This document shows positions 12,429 through 26,014 of a stretch of 64,000 nucleotides of DNA, piece by piece. Origin of the DNA: Ptychomitrium polyphyllum (taxonomy: Eukaryota). The position numbers and the translations under genes were made by a program. The DNA is taken from assembly GCA_973851085.1 (NCBI GenBank), contig OZ316775.1, forward strand, positions 21,266,001 to 21,330,000, written 5' to 3'. The notes beneath the pieces were generated by a model. That model had not been told where the DNA came from. It searched no databases and saw only the letters and a program-made list of their open reading frames with translations. Numbering within the stretch: position 1 is the stretch's first letter; every line of letters starts with the position of its first letter.

Positions 12429-15400
12429 ATGGAAGATCATTGTACTCAAGCTAGTGAGCTGGTTGATGGTGTTGAGCCTGGGATTTCTGAAGCTTTGGTT
12501 AGCCAGGGCAAGGGAATTGGAATACTTGACTTGGATCAGGACGAAGAGGACGATTCTACGGATGTTGCTGAGCAAGCGAGTTTGCTCTCTGATTGTGAAG
12601 AGGATTATATGAATGCGGTTGTGGTTGGATCCTTACCGCTGGTTATTCCAGGAGGAGGACAGTGTGCGCCTGTGGAGAAGAGCCCTCTTTTGGAAGATCG
12701 TTCTGTACAAGTTCAGGGAAGCGCAGAAGTGGAGATATCGTTTGGAAAAGGGCCGCTAAGTCTGGAGCAGTCTGAACGCAGAGATTCCGCTTCTCCCACT
12801 ATTTCAAGCGCGTTGACAGAGGAGAAGAACATCCAACCTTGGGAAACATTTTCCGGAACGAACATTCTTAGTGAAAGTGATGAGGATGTTCCGTTTGGTC
12901 CCCTGCAAGATGCTAAGGTACCCTTTGAGCAGACATCAAAGAAACCCATGGAGAAATTGTTTGGAGAAGGGTCAACAAATTTGGTGCGCCCTGCAACTGC
13001 AGGTTCTTCATTGCCAACTTTTCCGAGTACGCATACATTGGAGGCAGCGGAAGAGAACAATCAACTGGTGCAATCGTATTCTGAAACTAACTTTTTGAGC
13101 GAAAGTGACGAGGATGTCCTTTTCGACCCGAGAGTAGATGCGAAAGTGCTTGTTATGCAACCGTCAGGCATCCCTTTGGACACCCTGAGTACATTTGATG
13201 GCAAAGCATTCATTTCTGAATCAAGAGAAGTGATGCCTCAAGATTTACCTTTTCCGAAGCTTGAGCACGTTGGTGATGAGATGTTAGGGCTGAGTTCCAA
13301 ACTCGGTCAAGGCTCTGGGGCTGATGGATTGGAAATTGACCGAACGTCTCTTGTAAAACTTGATGTGAAGGAGACTACAAGGAGGAAAGGGGCAATTATG
13401 CGGTTGGGGTCGAAGGAAGCAGAAGAACTTTTGCAGTTGGACCTTACGAAATTGGGTAGAGCTATTTTACCATCAGTAACGAATGGAGGTACAGGAACAA
13501 AGTCACCAAAAACAAATGGTATTGGCTGGGGAGTTGATGATCTTGGGCCTGATGAGGTAATACTATCAAGTATGTATGTGTATATGTGTATGTTTGTGTG
13601 TGTGTGTGCACGCGCATTCACGAATGAAATTTGTATTGTCGATGCTTAGTTGGTCAGAGGGCCCAACACTTGTATTGTTTTAGAAGCACTGTAGTTTATT
13701 CTTGAGTTCCTGTCCCCTCAAGTGCTGGCTTTGTGATAATTTTGGAATCACTAACTTGTGCTCACCTAATTATATTTGCCATGTGTAACAGCTCTCTAGG
13801 TATGTAGAGACTTTGGAAGTGAGGGAAACGTATTTGGACACCGTTCTTGATATGGAGGATGTGCTTCTAGACTCTGATGATAACCATAGACCTCATGGAG
13901 TTTTACCTAGCAAAAGTATATTTGCAAACCCCGTTCAAAAAATTGAGCGGGACGGTAGCCTTACTGCGTCAACTTCAGGCATTCCTTGGACTGTGAGTAA
14001 CAGAAGCTCCCAGCCTCCTACAAATCGTCTTGTTGAGGTTGCTTGGGTGGAAGTCGTAGGAGCTAGACAACGCAGAGGTGGAGCTTCATTTAGTGAACGA
14101 GTAGTAGGTGTCCAAGAGCATACAGTTTACCGAATACTCGTACGAGGCACTGATGGTCAAGAATGGGAAGTTGAGCGCCGGTATCGCGATTTTGTTTTCT
14201 TATTTCAGCAGCTGAACCGCACTTTTCCAGCGGAAAGCACTGTCACACTCCCTGCTCCCTGGGACAGAGTAAGGGCTGAGTCTCGTAAATTGTTTGGAAA
14301 CACTTCACCAAATGTTGTGGAGGTTCGAAGTGCCCTTATTCAAGTTTGTTTGCAATCTCTTCTTCAAGCAGGTTCTCCACTCAGTACTGCTTCTCCATTC
14401 CTCCGGTTCCTATTTCCTACCACGTGGAGTGCAACTCAAAGTACTGTCCTTCCAAGGGCTGCTAGTGAAGATTTGCGGGCCAGTGGATCTCGCATGTATC
14501 TAGACGAATTGGGATCTGAGCCAGCATTATCGCCCATGTCTGATACGACTAGTGCAGTACCTGATAAGGATATGGACACTAAATCGGGCGCCCAGTCCGT
14601 GTTTGGGAAAACTATACGATTGAAGCTTGAAGTGCACAAGAAAAAGCCATTGGCTCAGCAGATGCAGTCACAGCATCATGCATGTGCTGGTTGTTACAGG
14701 CCGCTTACCTTTTCTGTTGGGCTTATTCCTGGACTGGCTCAAAGCTTTGGATTTAGTGGGCCTCGGTGGTGCGAGTACAGCGGCCAATTGTACTGTTCTT
14801 CTTGCCACCTTAATGAGATAGCAGTAATTCCAGCCTATGTGGTGCAACACTGGGATTTTGGACTTCGTCCAGTTTCACAGCTGGCCAAAGCCTATCTTGA
14901 CTCCATTTACGACAAGGTGTGGAATCTGTTTCTTAATCTATTCTGCGGAATACTGCAATTTATGATGAAGTTTGCCTTTGTTCAGTGATGGACATCGTTG
15001 AGAAGTGTTTTCTGATTGATCATGGTTACAATTGCTCAATTTTGTTGACCATGAAGCTGTCTCGTTTCGGAATAAGACAGTTGTTTGAGGTCTAATTCTG
15101 TAATAACTTTTATTCACCTCCAAAAATTTTTAGGACCACTACTATCTATCTATAGCTGACTGTGTCCTGTGTAATTTTGGGAACAGCCGATGTTGTGTGT
15201 TAGTGCTGTAAATCCGTACCTGTACTTTAGAGTTCCAATTTTGGTGCATTTGCGAGAAACAAGGAAACGGCTCAGCAAGATGCTGGCTCATATAAGGTGC
15301 CCCTCGCGATCTCGGATTCAAGGCATGGTGGGGTCAAGGCGGTACCTTTTAGAGAGTAATGATTTTTACGCTTTGCGGGATCTAACCGATCTTTCGAAGG

Positions 15401-16618
15401 GTGCATTCGCTGGTAAGTATGCTGTTACTTTCTGTGGTGATCTTTCAGCTGAGTTAATACTATTATTTTTTTGTTTCTTACTGCTGCACAAATGTTTTGG
15501 AATGTCAAGAATCAAACTGCAAGGTGTTAGTTTAGTGTAGCTGATCTTTCTGTTGGCCTGTAAATTCCTGATCGACCCGTTTGTGTCGATACGGCATTTC
15601 TGGATGCTCCGGTTCTCACAAAACGAGCAGATCTTTAATTACTTGTATTTTCTGTGCTTCCCGACTGGGTTACAACTTACGCATGCTTCTTATAATTTCA
15701 AAAAGTAACTGAATCATCTGTTTAGTGCGCACTGGGAGCTCACAAATGTTACGTATTGAAATGTAGGGTTATGGTTGGCTGTAGGGGAATTATACTAATG
15801 ACCTTTAAAAACCCGTACAAACTGCTGAACGTTACTTAGCGGGTATTTGCTATATCGCTTTAGTTGGTTCATCTTAGATACCAATGACCGTGAAGTCAAT
15901 CCTAGAAAACACTTGAGGCATAAATTTTATCCTTGTCGCAATTTAACAGTGGCTGTGCATTGCGTATGTTCTTGTGAGCATGTGTTACAGGGTTACCTGC
16001 CTTTATGAATACGATTTTAGAAAATCTTACAATTCATGTAAAGCGCGAGTGCTCTATTTGTCATGAAATGGGCGAACCCTGTGGTGCGGCAAAATTTTGC
16101 AGAGATCCTCTTGACATCATCTTTTCATTCCAGGTATTGCAATGAGCCTTATGTGCGTACTAATTACCCAAGCCTTGAAATACAAAATACATCGAGGAAA
16201 ATGTATATTGGTAGCTGGTTAACGTTTAACATTTTTTTCTCAATGTATGCTGCAGGAGGATGACGTGGTGAGGTGTGTTATATGCCAGTTGCCATTTCAC
16301 AAGCTTTGCTTTAAGCTCATAAAAATTTGTCCATGTAGTGGAGGATCATCTCTCGACATTGTAGAGATGAGTCAGACGCAAGAGATAACCTCTGTTTCTG
16401 ACGTAGATAATAATGTCTTTTCCTCGAAAAGCTCTGCAGTTGCGTCTCTTGCTCCAGATGGTAGTGGGCAAGCTGATGCGCGTAGGCAATCGAAGATAAA
16501 GATCCCTGGTTTCTTGTCAGGCATTTTGACACCTAAGGAAAACGGCAGTAGAGAAGCAAACCCAGGACGGCAGGATTCAATAGTGTTGGACATGATATCA
16601 GGCCCTCTTGAGCTGTAA
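12429..16618 (+). CDS. PX (Phox) domain plus C-terminal Rubicon-homology (DUF4206/zf-RING_9-like) protein; 5 coding exons
   Basis: Exons 12429-13556, 13792-14916, 15187-15412, 15991-16133 and 16256-16618, all GT-AG and in phase. PX motif HTVYRILV...WEVERRYRDFVFLFQQL. RH motifs CAGC...CEYSGQLYCSSCH...IPAYVVQHWDF...VSQLAKAYLDSIYDKPMLCVSAVNPYLY and CSIC...C...IFSFQEDDVVRCVICQLPFHKLC. Long acidic low-complexity N-terminus. Confidence 0.9.
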
Positions 16619-18149
16619 CATGAGTACTGTACCAGTCATATTTCTCCTCGTGTAGCTTACATGCGGATGACTGAAAAAGGTACAAATAATGCACATATTA
16701 GCACATGTGAAACTTGGTATGGTTGAACGCACTGTGTAACATACAAGCTGAAGTGAATCCGTAGCACTGACAATGACTGTCAAGAGGGTTTTCGAAGCTT
16801 CATTCTTCATTCCATTATCTAGAGTTATTAATCCCTGGAGACTTCAAACTCAATTTCCCTGATAAGTTCCACCTACTGTCAATCCAAAGGCTTTGCTTAC
16901 CTTGCAACAGATCATAAGTGATATACTATATGTGAATGATTTGTGAGATTTGTCTGCAAAGTTGTGAAAGATTTTTGTTGCATTCATCCTGAAAGAAATG
17001 ATATTAATCTTGATACATTGTATTTGAAAAATATCCAGCAGAGGAAGTTCTAATTTCCAAAAATCACCAAATTATGAATATAGCCTAGTAAGTTTATGCA
17101 ATTTGGTGTGATTGCATTGAAATCATGCTATCCATAATATATCAGTAAAAGCAAATTTTGGGTTCTCAATCATCACATGCAAGCAAAAAGAGCTTTAGAA
17201 AATAATTTGACCCTTGTTATGATTTTTCAACCTAGGACATAGAACTCAATTATCTTAAGTTGATAACTTTCTACTTTTATATACTTAATTTCAATGTTGC
17301 AAGATTCTGCCATATTTGAGCAATTTCTTTAATATCCTTTGGAGCACTTTTTGAGCATAATTGAGTAGAATTTTGCTTTGCTGCGACATATAATTGTATT
17401 GTCAAATAAGAGCATGAATTCCTTGAAGTTGTGGCAATTCTTTTGCTTGGATATTACCAAAACCTGCATTTATACATTATTCAATTGTATATATGATGAA
17501 TATTTAGCATGTCAAGATTTATCAAAACCCTCTTCTTAGTTCAAATCTTTTTCTACCTCCAAGTCCAAGAATAATTTGTGTTCCTTGTCATGGTCTTTGT
17601 ATACTTCAGCATCATCTTCTAAATTCACATTCTTGTCCTTTGAATCACAATCCACCTTACATTCATCATTCTTAATAAATTTACATTAAATACATAAGAT
17701 GCTATTTATAAGATTAAATATAGTAGATGCTATTTAGAGCCTTTTTTTAAAAAATATTGAACCTTTATGAAATTAATTGTTCTAAAAGTAGACTTTTAAA
17801 AAATGACCTTTTAGTAGGCTTTAATTCATTTCTTTAGTATATGAAATTTGGAATTTCATTTTTTGAATCCATAAAGTTCATCCTTCTTGCCATTTTGGAT
17901 GCATTACAAAATGATTTTATGATTTAAAAAATCCTACACTCTTTTTATTTGAATGCATTCAATTGTATTCCAAGCATAAAGGACTTGTAAACAGCTAGAG
18001 GCACTAAAGCAAATCAAGAATTTAAAAGCAATAAAGACCAAATAAAATGGTTATGTTTCAACACCTTGAAATTTTGAGGACAAAAATTACTTGTTAGCAC
18101 CTTTAATTGCAATGTTGTCTTCAAACCACTTGCCATACTATTGAATTGC

Positions 18150-19350
18150 TTTTACTCAATGATTGAAAAGAAGATGAAATGGACAGATGATTACTGCCCA
18201 TTTTTTATAAAAGACTTAAAATTACAAATATCAAGATTATAGAAGGACTAACTTTCAAGAGATTTTGATGGGCATGCCCTTTGGAATGTTCAAATGATGA
18301 CTTTAAATATGCCACAACACAATTTGATAAGAATTCCACAAAGTATTCTAAAAACATTCTTCAACACTTCATGGTAGGCACACTTCTTTTTACCTTGTAA
18401 AATTTAAAATATAAATTCTATTTGGCTCTTCTTCTATACTTAGTTCTATGTCTTGTTCCAATCTATTATGTGCCTTATTGCTATAATATGTTTTGTGCAA
18501 ACTTTCATATTGATCATTACAATCATCCAATTGAAGATGGGTCTATAAAAATTGTATGAAAAATACAAATGATTGGACTGTGATCCAAGTCTATAAGACT
18601 TCCAAGGTAACAAACATATCCATAGTGATGGCTACAAATTAGAAACTGTTAATAGGCTTTTGGCTAAATCCTTACCTTAATTAAATCCCTCTCTTTAATG
18701 GATTTTCCTCCAACAATGTTATAAAGAAGTTTAACAAAGCTAGCAATTCTACCAATTGAAATTATATCAACAAAAGCAAGAAGCTTATTTGAAGCAACAT
18801 GGAAATGATGGATAATACTAAAGAATGCTAACCATCTAAATTTATCCATGGTATTGAATACCAACCATGGATGTAAATGTATAAACATATTTAAGATGTT
18901 GATTGATGTAATAGAAAATAATGTTGGCCTTGAAATGCAAATGCAATAGAACTACAATATAGAGAACACTCAGATCATATTTGACCATGTCAAGTGGATG
19001 GCCAACTTAACAACCATGGCTTTTCATATTTGCTATACTTGATACTTCAAGGTAATGACCATTATTATTTTGATATGCAAATAAAAGATGCAGAGATCTA
19101 ATACCTATAGTGAAATAACCTCAACAACATCATGGCAAAGAATAATGTTTTGAACACTAATTTCGAAGAAGTCACAACCAACAATGAATAAGCAACCTAG
19201 CACATCATCCAAATGGTGTGTAGAAATAGATATCTGTCCATTTTCTTCAATTACAAGAAGTGGACTTGCTTCTTTCATTGAATCCAATTACTCAGCCATC
19301 ATACAAAAGAATACATAAAAACTAGCTTATAATTTTAGCTCAAATAATTC
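18150..19350 (+). mobile_element. Degenerate DNA-transposon (Mutator/MULE-like) transposase relic
   Basis: Stop- and frameshift-ridden translation from 18980: FDHVKWMANLTTMAFHICYT*YFKVMTIII / FDMQIKDAEI*YL**NNLNNIMAKNNVLNTNF. This resembles, from memory, bryophyte MULE-like transposase cores. It sits in a ~5 kb AT-rich spacer. Boundaries are approximate. Confidence 0.5.
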
Positions 19351-22300
19351 CACAATATAAAGACGTGACAACTATGGATAAAATAGAGGTGAATATAATA
19401 TCATTAAAGTTTGACGAAACTCTTATATTGCAGCAATATATGAAAGAATATGAGTCCTCAATGACTAACTTGGCTTTTGGCACTTTTGCTATCATTTGTG
19501 GAGTGGATATATAGAATGGATACGTATGTGGTTTTTTATTATTATGGCAATTTATATGGTCAAACCAATTGTTTTATCTAGATTATTCCATCTTTAAAGA
19601 GATTAACTTTGGATGAATTGACCAACCTCCTATCTTATAATTTTAATAACAATAGGCTAGAAATAATGGAAGTAATTTGTGAGCAATAGTTTGTAATGAT
19701 TATGTATGTGCATTCATGCAATATTCAAGATATTGATGATATTTGAATGATAATGGAATTAGAATAGGTTTTGATAAGGATGAATTGAAGTTTCTTACTA
19801 TGCACTTAATTAATTAATCACTATTCATTTTAAATGTGGTTAGAGTTTTTCCAAGTGCATTTAATTTAAATAAAAAAACTTCTCTATTTCAAAAATGCAA
19901 AATTATTTAGATTTATAAATGCAAGTTGGCTCTTATTCTTGGCTCTAACAATGATTCCATCTCTTGAACAAAGTGAATATTTTCATCGCATTGTAACCAA
20001 TGGAACATCTAAAAATGCTTGCATTGAAGATTTCCATTTTGATCCATGTAATAGTGCTTGCAATGCTTTCAAGTGGGAATTCAATGTCTATTAAAGCTAT
20101 TTGCTATTAATTATCAAGCTATTTAAGCTAATACATCCATTAAGTACAAGTAGAAGGTTGGATATAAATTAAATTGTATTGTACCCTAGTTTATATCGGA
20201 ATAATTAAGAATTACCAATACAAGAGTCTTATACATTACAAGTTTTGATTTTGCAAAAACAACATTGTTGGTTGCGTAAAAGCAATGAAGAAGCACTTAA
20301 GTGTTTAGCTAGTTCATTATTCCAAGAGCATTACTTGTAAAGATCCGCATTAATCTTAGCTCCTATGGATTTATAATTGAGAAGACATAGGATTTTAACT
20401 CAAGTAGCAAGATGACTTCTTTCTTTAATGGGCATTTATATAAGCAATCAATATTCTCCTCCTTTAGTCACACTTCATAGTTCTTGTAGCCCATGATGCT
20501 CTAGAAGAAATTTATCTACAAGTTCCTAATGCCAATCTTAAAAGCATCATGGGCAATGGCAAAGTGCTAAATTTATAAAAAATTGTTATGTATTGGTCAT
20601 ATTTCCTATTCCAACTTAGGTGTGGGATGTATTAATATACTTAATAATGGAATAAAAAAATCTATTTCAGTTTTATTAGTATTGTCTAGTAGTGCACATG
20701 CCTAATTTCATCAACATGAGTAACAAAAGCACTTGGAAAAAAAGAATTTGTGAATGAATTGCAAATATTTGCATTATGTCTTTTGGTGCATTTGTAAATT
20801 TTACCAAGTAAAAAACAATTTTGTTCATGCACCATCATTTAGTTAAAACAAAGTCTTGTATATGTGCAAGACACTAGGCATTTTTCAATCTAAGGTGGGC
20901 TAGTTAATACAACAAGCATTCCTTGCATTAAAACAAAATATACTTATGTTTTAGAAAAATAATCATCCATTAAAATATACTATGTTGATATATTAAATAT
21001 AATTTATTTTAAAAAGAATATCATTTTATAAAAACCAATATTTTCTTATTTTAAACATTCATTTATTTTGCTAGATTTACATATAACACAATTTTTAATT
21101 GGAAAATAATGATAGCAACAACCAACATTGTTTTCTCTTTGTCCAATGTGTCCTTGGTACCAAATATATATTTAAAACAACAAGAAAATTTCTCACATTT
21201 TCTTCAACTTTTGGATGCCGTTCATATCAAAGATACTTGTATTCTTAGATTTGCATGGTTTTAGGTTTTCCATTTCAAAATTCAAAAAAAAATCCAAACT
21301 TTTGTTAAAAAAACGTTTTAAAAATAATTATTTTAAAATATGACTTTTAAAAAATACTCTTTTTGTATTTAAAGTTCTTACAATCTACAATCTTTATTCC
21401 AAACTTACAAAAAACACTAGAATTCATCATACTTACAAACCTATGTTATTTATAGGCCAATAACTTCACATTAGTTATACGAATTGTAATAAAATTACCT
21501 TAAATTTAACAATTAATTATAAAGGACTAAAATATAATAGAACAAAACCAAAATAAAACAAAAATATGCAACATCATTTAATATGATTAGAGTTTTTTTT
21601 TCTTTTATCTTCTTTTTGATGATTTTTGAAAAATTTATGTCATTTAAACCATATGATTTTAATTTACAAGATTATTTTTAACAAGTTTTGACTTTACATA
21701 GTTTCAACCTATCAAGGCATGAAATTCAAACAACATGGTTTTGAAAATCAACACTATTCAAGTATTGTAGCAATAAACATAAGTATGAAGCACAGAAATG
21801 CTTTCAAATGGAATGAAAAGAATAATAGTTGAATTTCATTGAAGCATGGAAATGGAAGTTATTAAACATCCCAACATTAAATGTGTAAGCAATCACAGAT
21901 AAAACAATGAACATAGAATTCAATTTTGTTTTTTTACTTTAAAATCCAACTCAATTTAAACTAAATTCAAAGTTTATGAAAGTTAAAACCTTTTGAACAC
22001 TAGAATTTTTAATAATCAAAAAGTTGGATTTAAAGGATTTAAAGCACGTCAAAGACTATGCTCACTTATCAATCAAGTTGCACATTATAATATGGAGAAA
22101 AAAGAATCCAACAAGGGTGATAATATGATATTATAATATGATATACCTCTACCAGTTGAACTCAACTTTGAATATAGAATCGATCTTTGATACCATAATT
22201 AATAGAGGAAAATCCAGGACAACACATGTCTAACATGAGATTCTCAGTATGACAAGACAACAGTTATATTGTAGCACTGTCTGATCAGAAATTTGGTGAC

Positions 22301-22668
22301 GTTGTGAAATGAAAAGTTTCCTACTTAAATCACCAGAGATGGCATTTAAGAAATCAAATCAAATTGATATTCCCTGCCTATATCTCCATCACTATTGTCA
22401 ACATTTCAGACTCTATAAGATATTAGTTAATCGAGGCTTTTGTCAAACGTTCAGAGACTCACCCATCACCAGATTCAAGTAATAAACATAAACAGAACCC
22501 ATACATTAAACAATGGAGTTTGATTGCAAGAAATTGTACAGTGCATTTACTTGTCTCAATGGAGTATATTACCATGACATGAGAGCCCTATAATACATTT
22601 CATGAAAAAACTTCATGAGCTGTTTTAATCAAAACAAAAGAACGGAAGTAACTGAGGCTTCAGAAAAT

Positions 22669-25600
22669 TCACGGTTCTACATAAAGAAGGTTGTTCTCAC
22701 CCATGTGGCCTTGAACTATTTCTCGACGGCTGTCAAGTACCCACTTGCCATCAACGATGAATTTGATTTCGTAGATACCCGGGTATAGCCAAAGTTCTAG
22801 TCTCCACAACAAAGGCCCACGTGTGCGGGGCAATGGTGATGCCCTAGACGAAAGGTCAGGCAACAAGTAAGCATGATGTTCCCAACCATTGAAACTGCCA
22901 GCAAGCTCGACTCGATTTCCCTCACCCCACCAATCCACCTGCGTCTGATGTAAAGAAAAAACATGCCGTAAGAGACAAATAACATAAACCAGTGGGTCTA
23001 CAAGTAAAGGATGTATAAAATTAACGAGGATCAGTAAACCGAATCCACTTTGAACTATTATCGTACCACCATATGAAATAGAATATCCTCACAAGTCTTT
23101 CCAAAGTAACGTAAATTGCATCTTCGTTACTACAACGAAAGTATCAACCAACTTATTTATAAAGTTACATGTGTAAGCTATATTTGAATGCTCGTTTTGT
23201 GGCGCAGTGCAGGCTCCCATAACTTGTTGACACTGAAAAGACGTCATCTGGTTGAAAAAACCAACTCCTTGTGCAGGAGCAGATGAGTCTCAAACATAAT
23301 AAATAGGAATGAATCCTCAGATATAGACAAAAGAGCATGTTATGAACTGAACAGCATACGTGAATTAAAACATTATTCATTCCTACGTCCAACTAAACTG
23401 TTCAGAAAAAATAGAGAACAGAGTGGATTACAAACTGAAGGTTACAAGTAACACGTAAGAAAAGACAACACACAACATGAGAAGAGGAAAGCAGAATACT
23501 GGAGAAACTGCTTGATGCATGAACACGTTCACGTTCACTAGAAGTAAAAGTACGTTTCTTCACGAAGCAAGGGAAGAGATGTATAAGCAAGACCAAAGAA
23601 TCAACATGTCAAGGCACGAGAAAGTGTACCAAATCGAGCAAAGCATTTTGTAGGTGACAGATCATCAAAAAACGCCACGAACATTCCACTACTTACTCTT
23701 CTCAGTTTTCATGTAAAGGCTCTGTGTTGGCACTTCAACTCGACTTAATAGGAATACAAGGTCCAGTCTAAATCTTACCAATTTCAGTGATTGCAGAGCT
23801 TGTTCAGCAGCATGCAGCCGTAGGTCTTGCTCAACAGCCACTTGTTTACTCTGAGCAAGTTCAGCAGAATGTTTGGCACGGACAAGTGCAAGCATTGCTT
23901 TGGTCTCCTCTAGCTCACGAGATATCCTGAGATTCTCTATCTCCTTTGCATGAAGTAATGCTGAAAGCCGAGCAATCTCTGCTGCTGGATCTGCCCTGAA
24001 AACCCCACTTTTTTTAATTGACTTGGTAACGAAATGTTGATTGAGATACAGGAATAAGCGATGAGCACCACATAAAAACCATAATTTAATGAGTGTGCCC
24101 TATGTGTAGTGGCAAATTTCAGTCGATAACAAGTTTAACCACAAATATGCCACTGCAAATTGTTGTGGTCTTTGTAATACCCGACTGGTGACAGCATGTT
24201 ATTTTCTCCACGTTGCAAGAACCTCTCGGACTCTTGCTGTTTAGCCATGATGTCAAAAACTGCTTCTAAATTTCTTCGAGGCTGAGCCATGCTGTTCTCA
24301 ACAGGGTTATCAAAGAACGCTTTCACTTTCGACCTCAACATAGCAGCCTTTTGCCACGCTTTGCTCTCTTCGGACTCTTGAAAACTATCAATCCTTTTTA
24401 ACCTCGCCCATTTATCATCCTCATCATTGCTAGATTCTTCACAGGTGTACAGTTCAATGTTATCTCCGTCATCGTTGTCTCCTTCATGTGCAGCTGTCAC
24501 CTGAAAGTAATAATATGGTCAGGAGAGGGAGAAAAGTTTCATGGTATGCAAGTGAACCTCCCTTTGATAAACTAACAAACGTGGATCGACTGGCAGTAGT
24601 ATCCAAAGCAGGAATAGAAAGCAATACCTACTGATCTACCTACAATCTAATTCTGATGTAAAGCCACTTTCTAAAAATGGTGCAACAAGCACATGGTCAG
24701 CAGAAAAGAGAATTGTACTCAAACCCGTTTTCTTCCACCTACCTCAGAAAGTCTGGTCACATCCAGTGCTCTTGGCAAGCCTTGCTTACTCATTCTCTCA
24801 CCATGGTTCAGGCTACTGGAACCACGATTAATGACCTCAATGGAATCGTCTAATGATGCAGGATCGTCCTGGTAAAATACATTGGGCGGTCCCCTCTCCA
24901 CAGCAGCTTCGTAATGAGGAATCAATAGTCCTGTACTATTTTGAGGCACCCGATCGGTTGTCTGAAAAGCACCTTTTGAATCTTGAGGCCGGATACTTGA
25001 GCTTGAAACTACTTCCGGCTTGAAAATCCCATTCGAAGTGTCACTCAGTTCCGACTTTGACGAAGTAGCCACGTCTGCACAATGTCAAAAATGTTTGTCA
25101 AGTGATCACCAAAACCACTCTGAAGATAAAATTTCCCACGAAAAATAATATATTGAACCATTCCATATTTTAATTGACCCAAAATACGTTCAGACAAACA
25201 AGATATAGACCATTTTCTTCTATGTTCCTGGAATGCCATGCTTAATCCAATTCAAGGGCTCAATTAAAAAGAGTCTACTGTATGAAAAAAATGTTAAACG
25301 GCCTCTAAAAAATGACTTGGGTTCATGCATTGCTTCATCTTCAATTTAAGCAAGTCTGACAATAGGACACCCTTAAAGGATAAGTTTGAGAGGTTTCAGA
25401 GAGGTCTCTGAAGAATGCTATGAAGATTTACAGCAACTGCGGGAGAAAATGTTATAAAACTGCCAGATCGCAGTGCGTTACTCAGGGCAGATACACAACT
25501 CATTTCGCAGAACAAAAGAAGTACCTGAAATTGGTTTTGACTGTTTTGAAGTGCCGCTGCTAGATAAGAAATTAGGGTTCGACAGAAGCTGCGAGAGGGC

Positions 25601-26014
25601 TTTCTCGCCTCTCCGACGCACCGCATTCGCAAGGTCTTGTCTGCCCCGTCTGGCCAGCTCCCGGGTGGTCGGAACCTGGTGCGGTGGCAGATCGGCGGAA
25701 GATATAAATTCCTGTAAGTCACGCAGGAGCTTCATGTCGCCCGGCAACACTGACACTGGCTTCGCAGCAGAGCTTTCTCCATTCTTGTTGCGGTTAGGGG
25801 AGCTACTGTTGCGCCGGGTGGAAGAATCTCGGGCGCGCGATGACGTCGAACACACAACATGGTGCGGCAATCCAACTGCGGCACTCAAGTCCCGGCCGTA
25901 GCAACTGATCCTCAGCCTCTCAAAACCCAAGTCCCCTGCAGTAAACCTCACCTTCCCTTCTCTGCATGGAAGACTGGGCGCGCTTGCTTGCAAGCTGGGC
26001 ATAAAGGCAGCCAT
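22669..26014 (-). CDS. PTST3: Protein Targeting to Starch (PTST3/FLO6-like): transit peptide, N-terminal helical motif, coiled coil, C-terminal CBM48
   Basis: Exons 26014-25525, 25074-24743, 24500-24181, 23995-23779 and 22944-22669, in phase. Motifs: LQEFISSADLPPHQVPTTRELARRGRQDLANAVRRRG; coiled coil EIARLSALLHAKEIENLRISRELEETKAMLAL; CBM48 VELAGSFNGW...LWLYPGIYEIKFIVDGKW. PTST3 versus PTST2 is not rigorously resolved. Confidence 0.88.
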
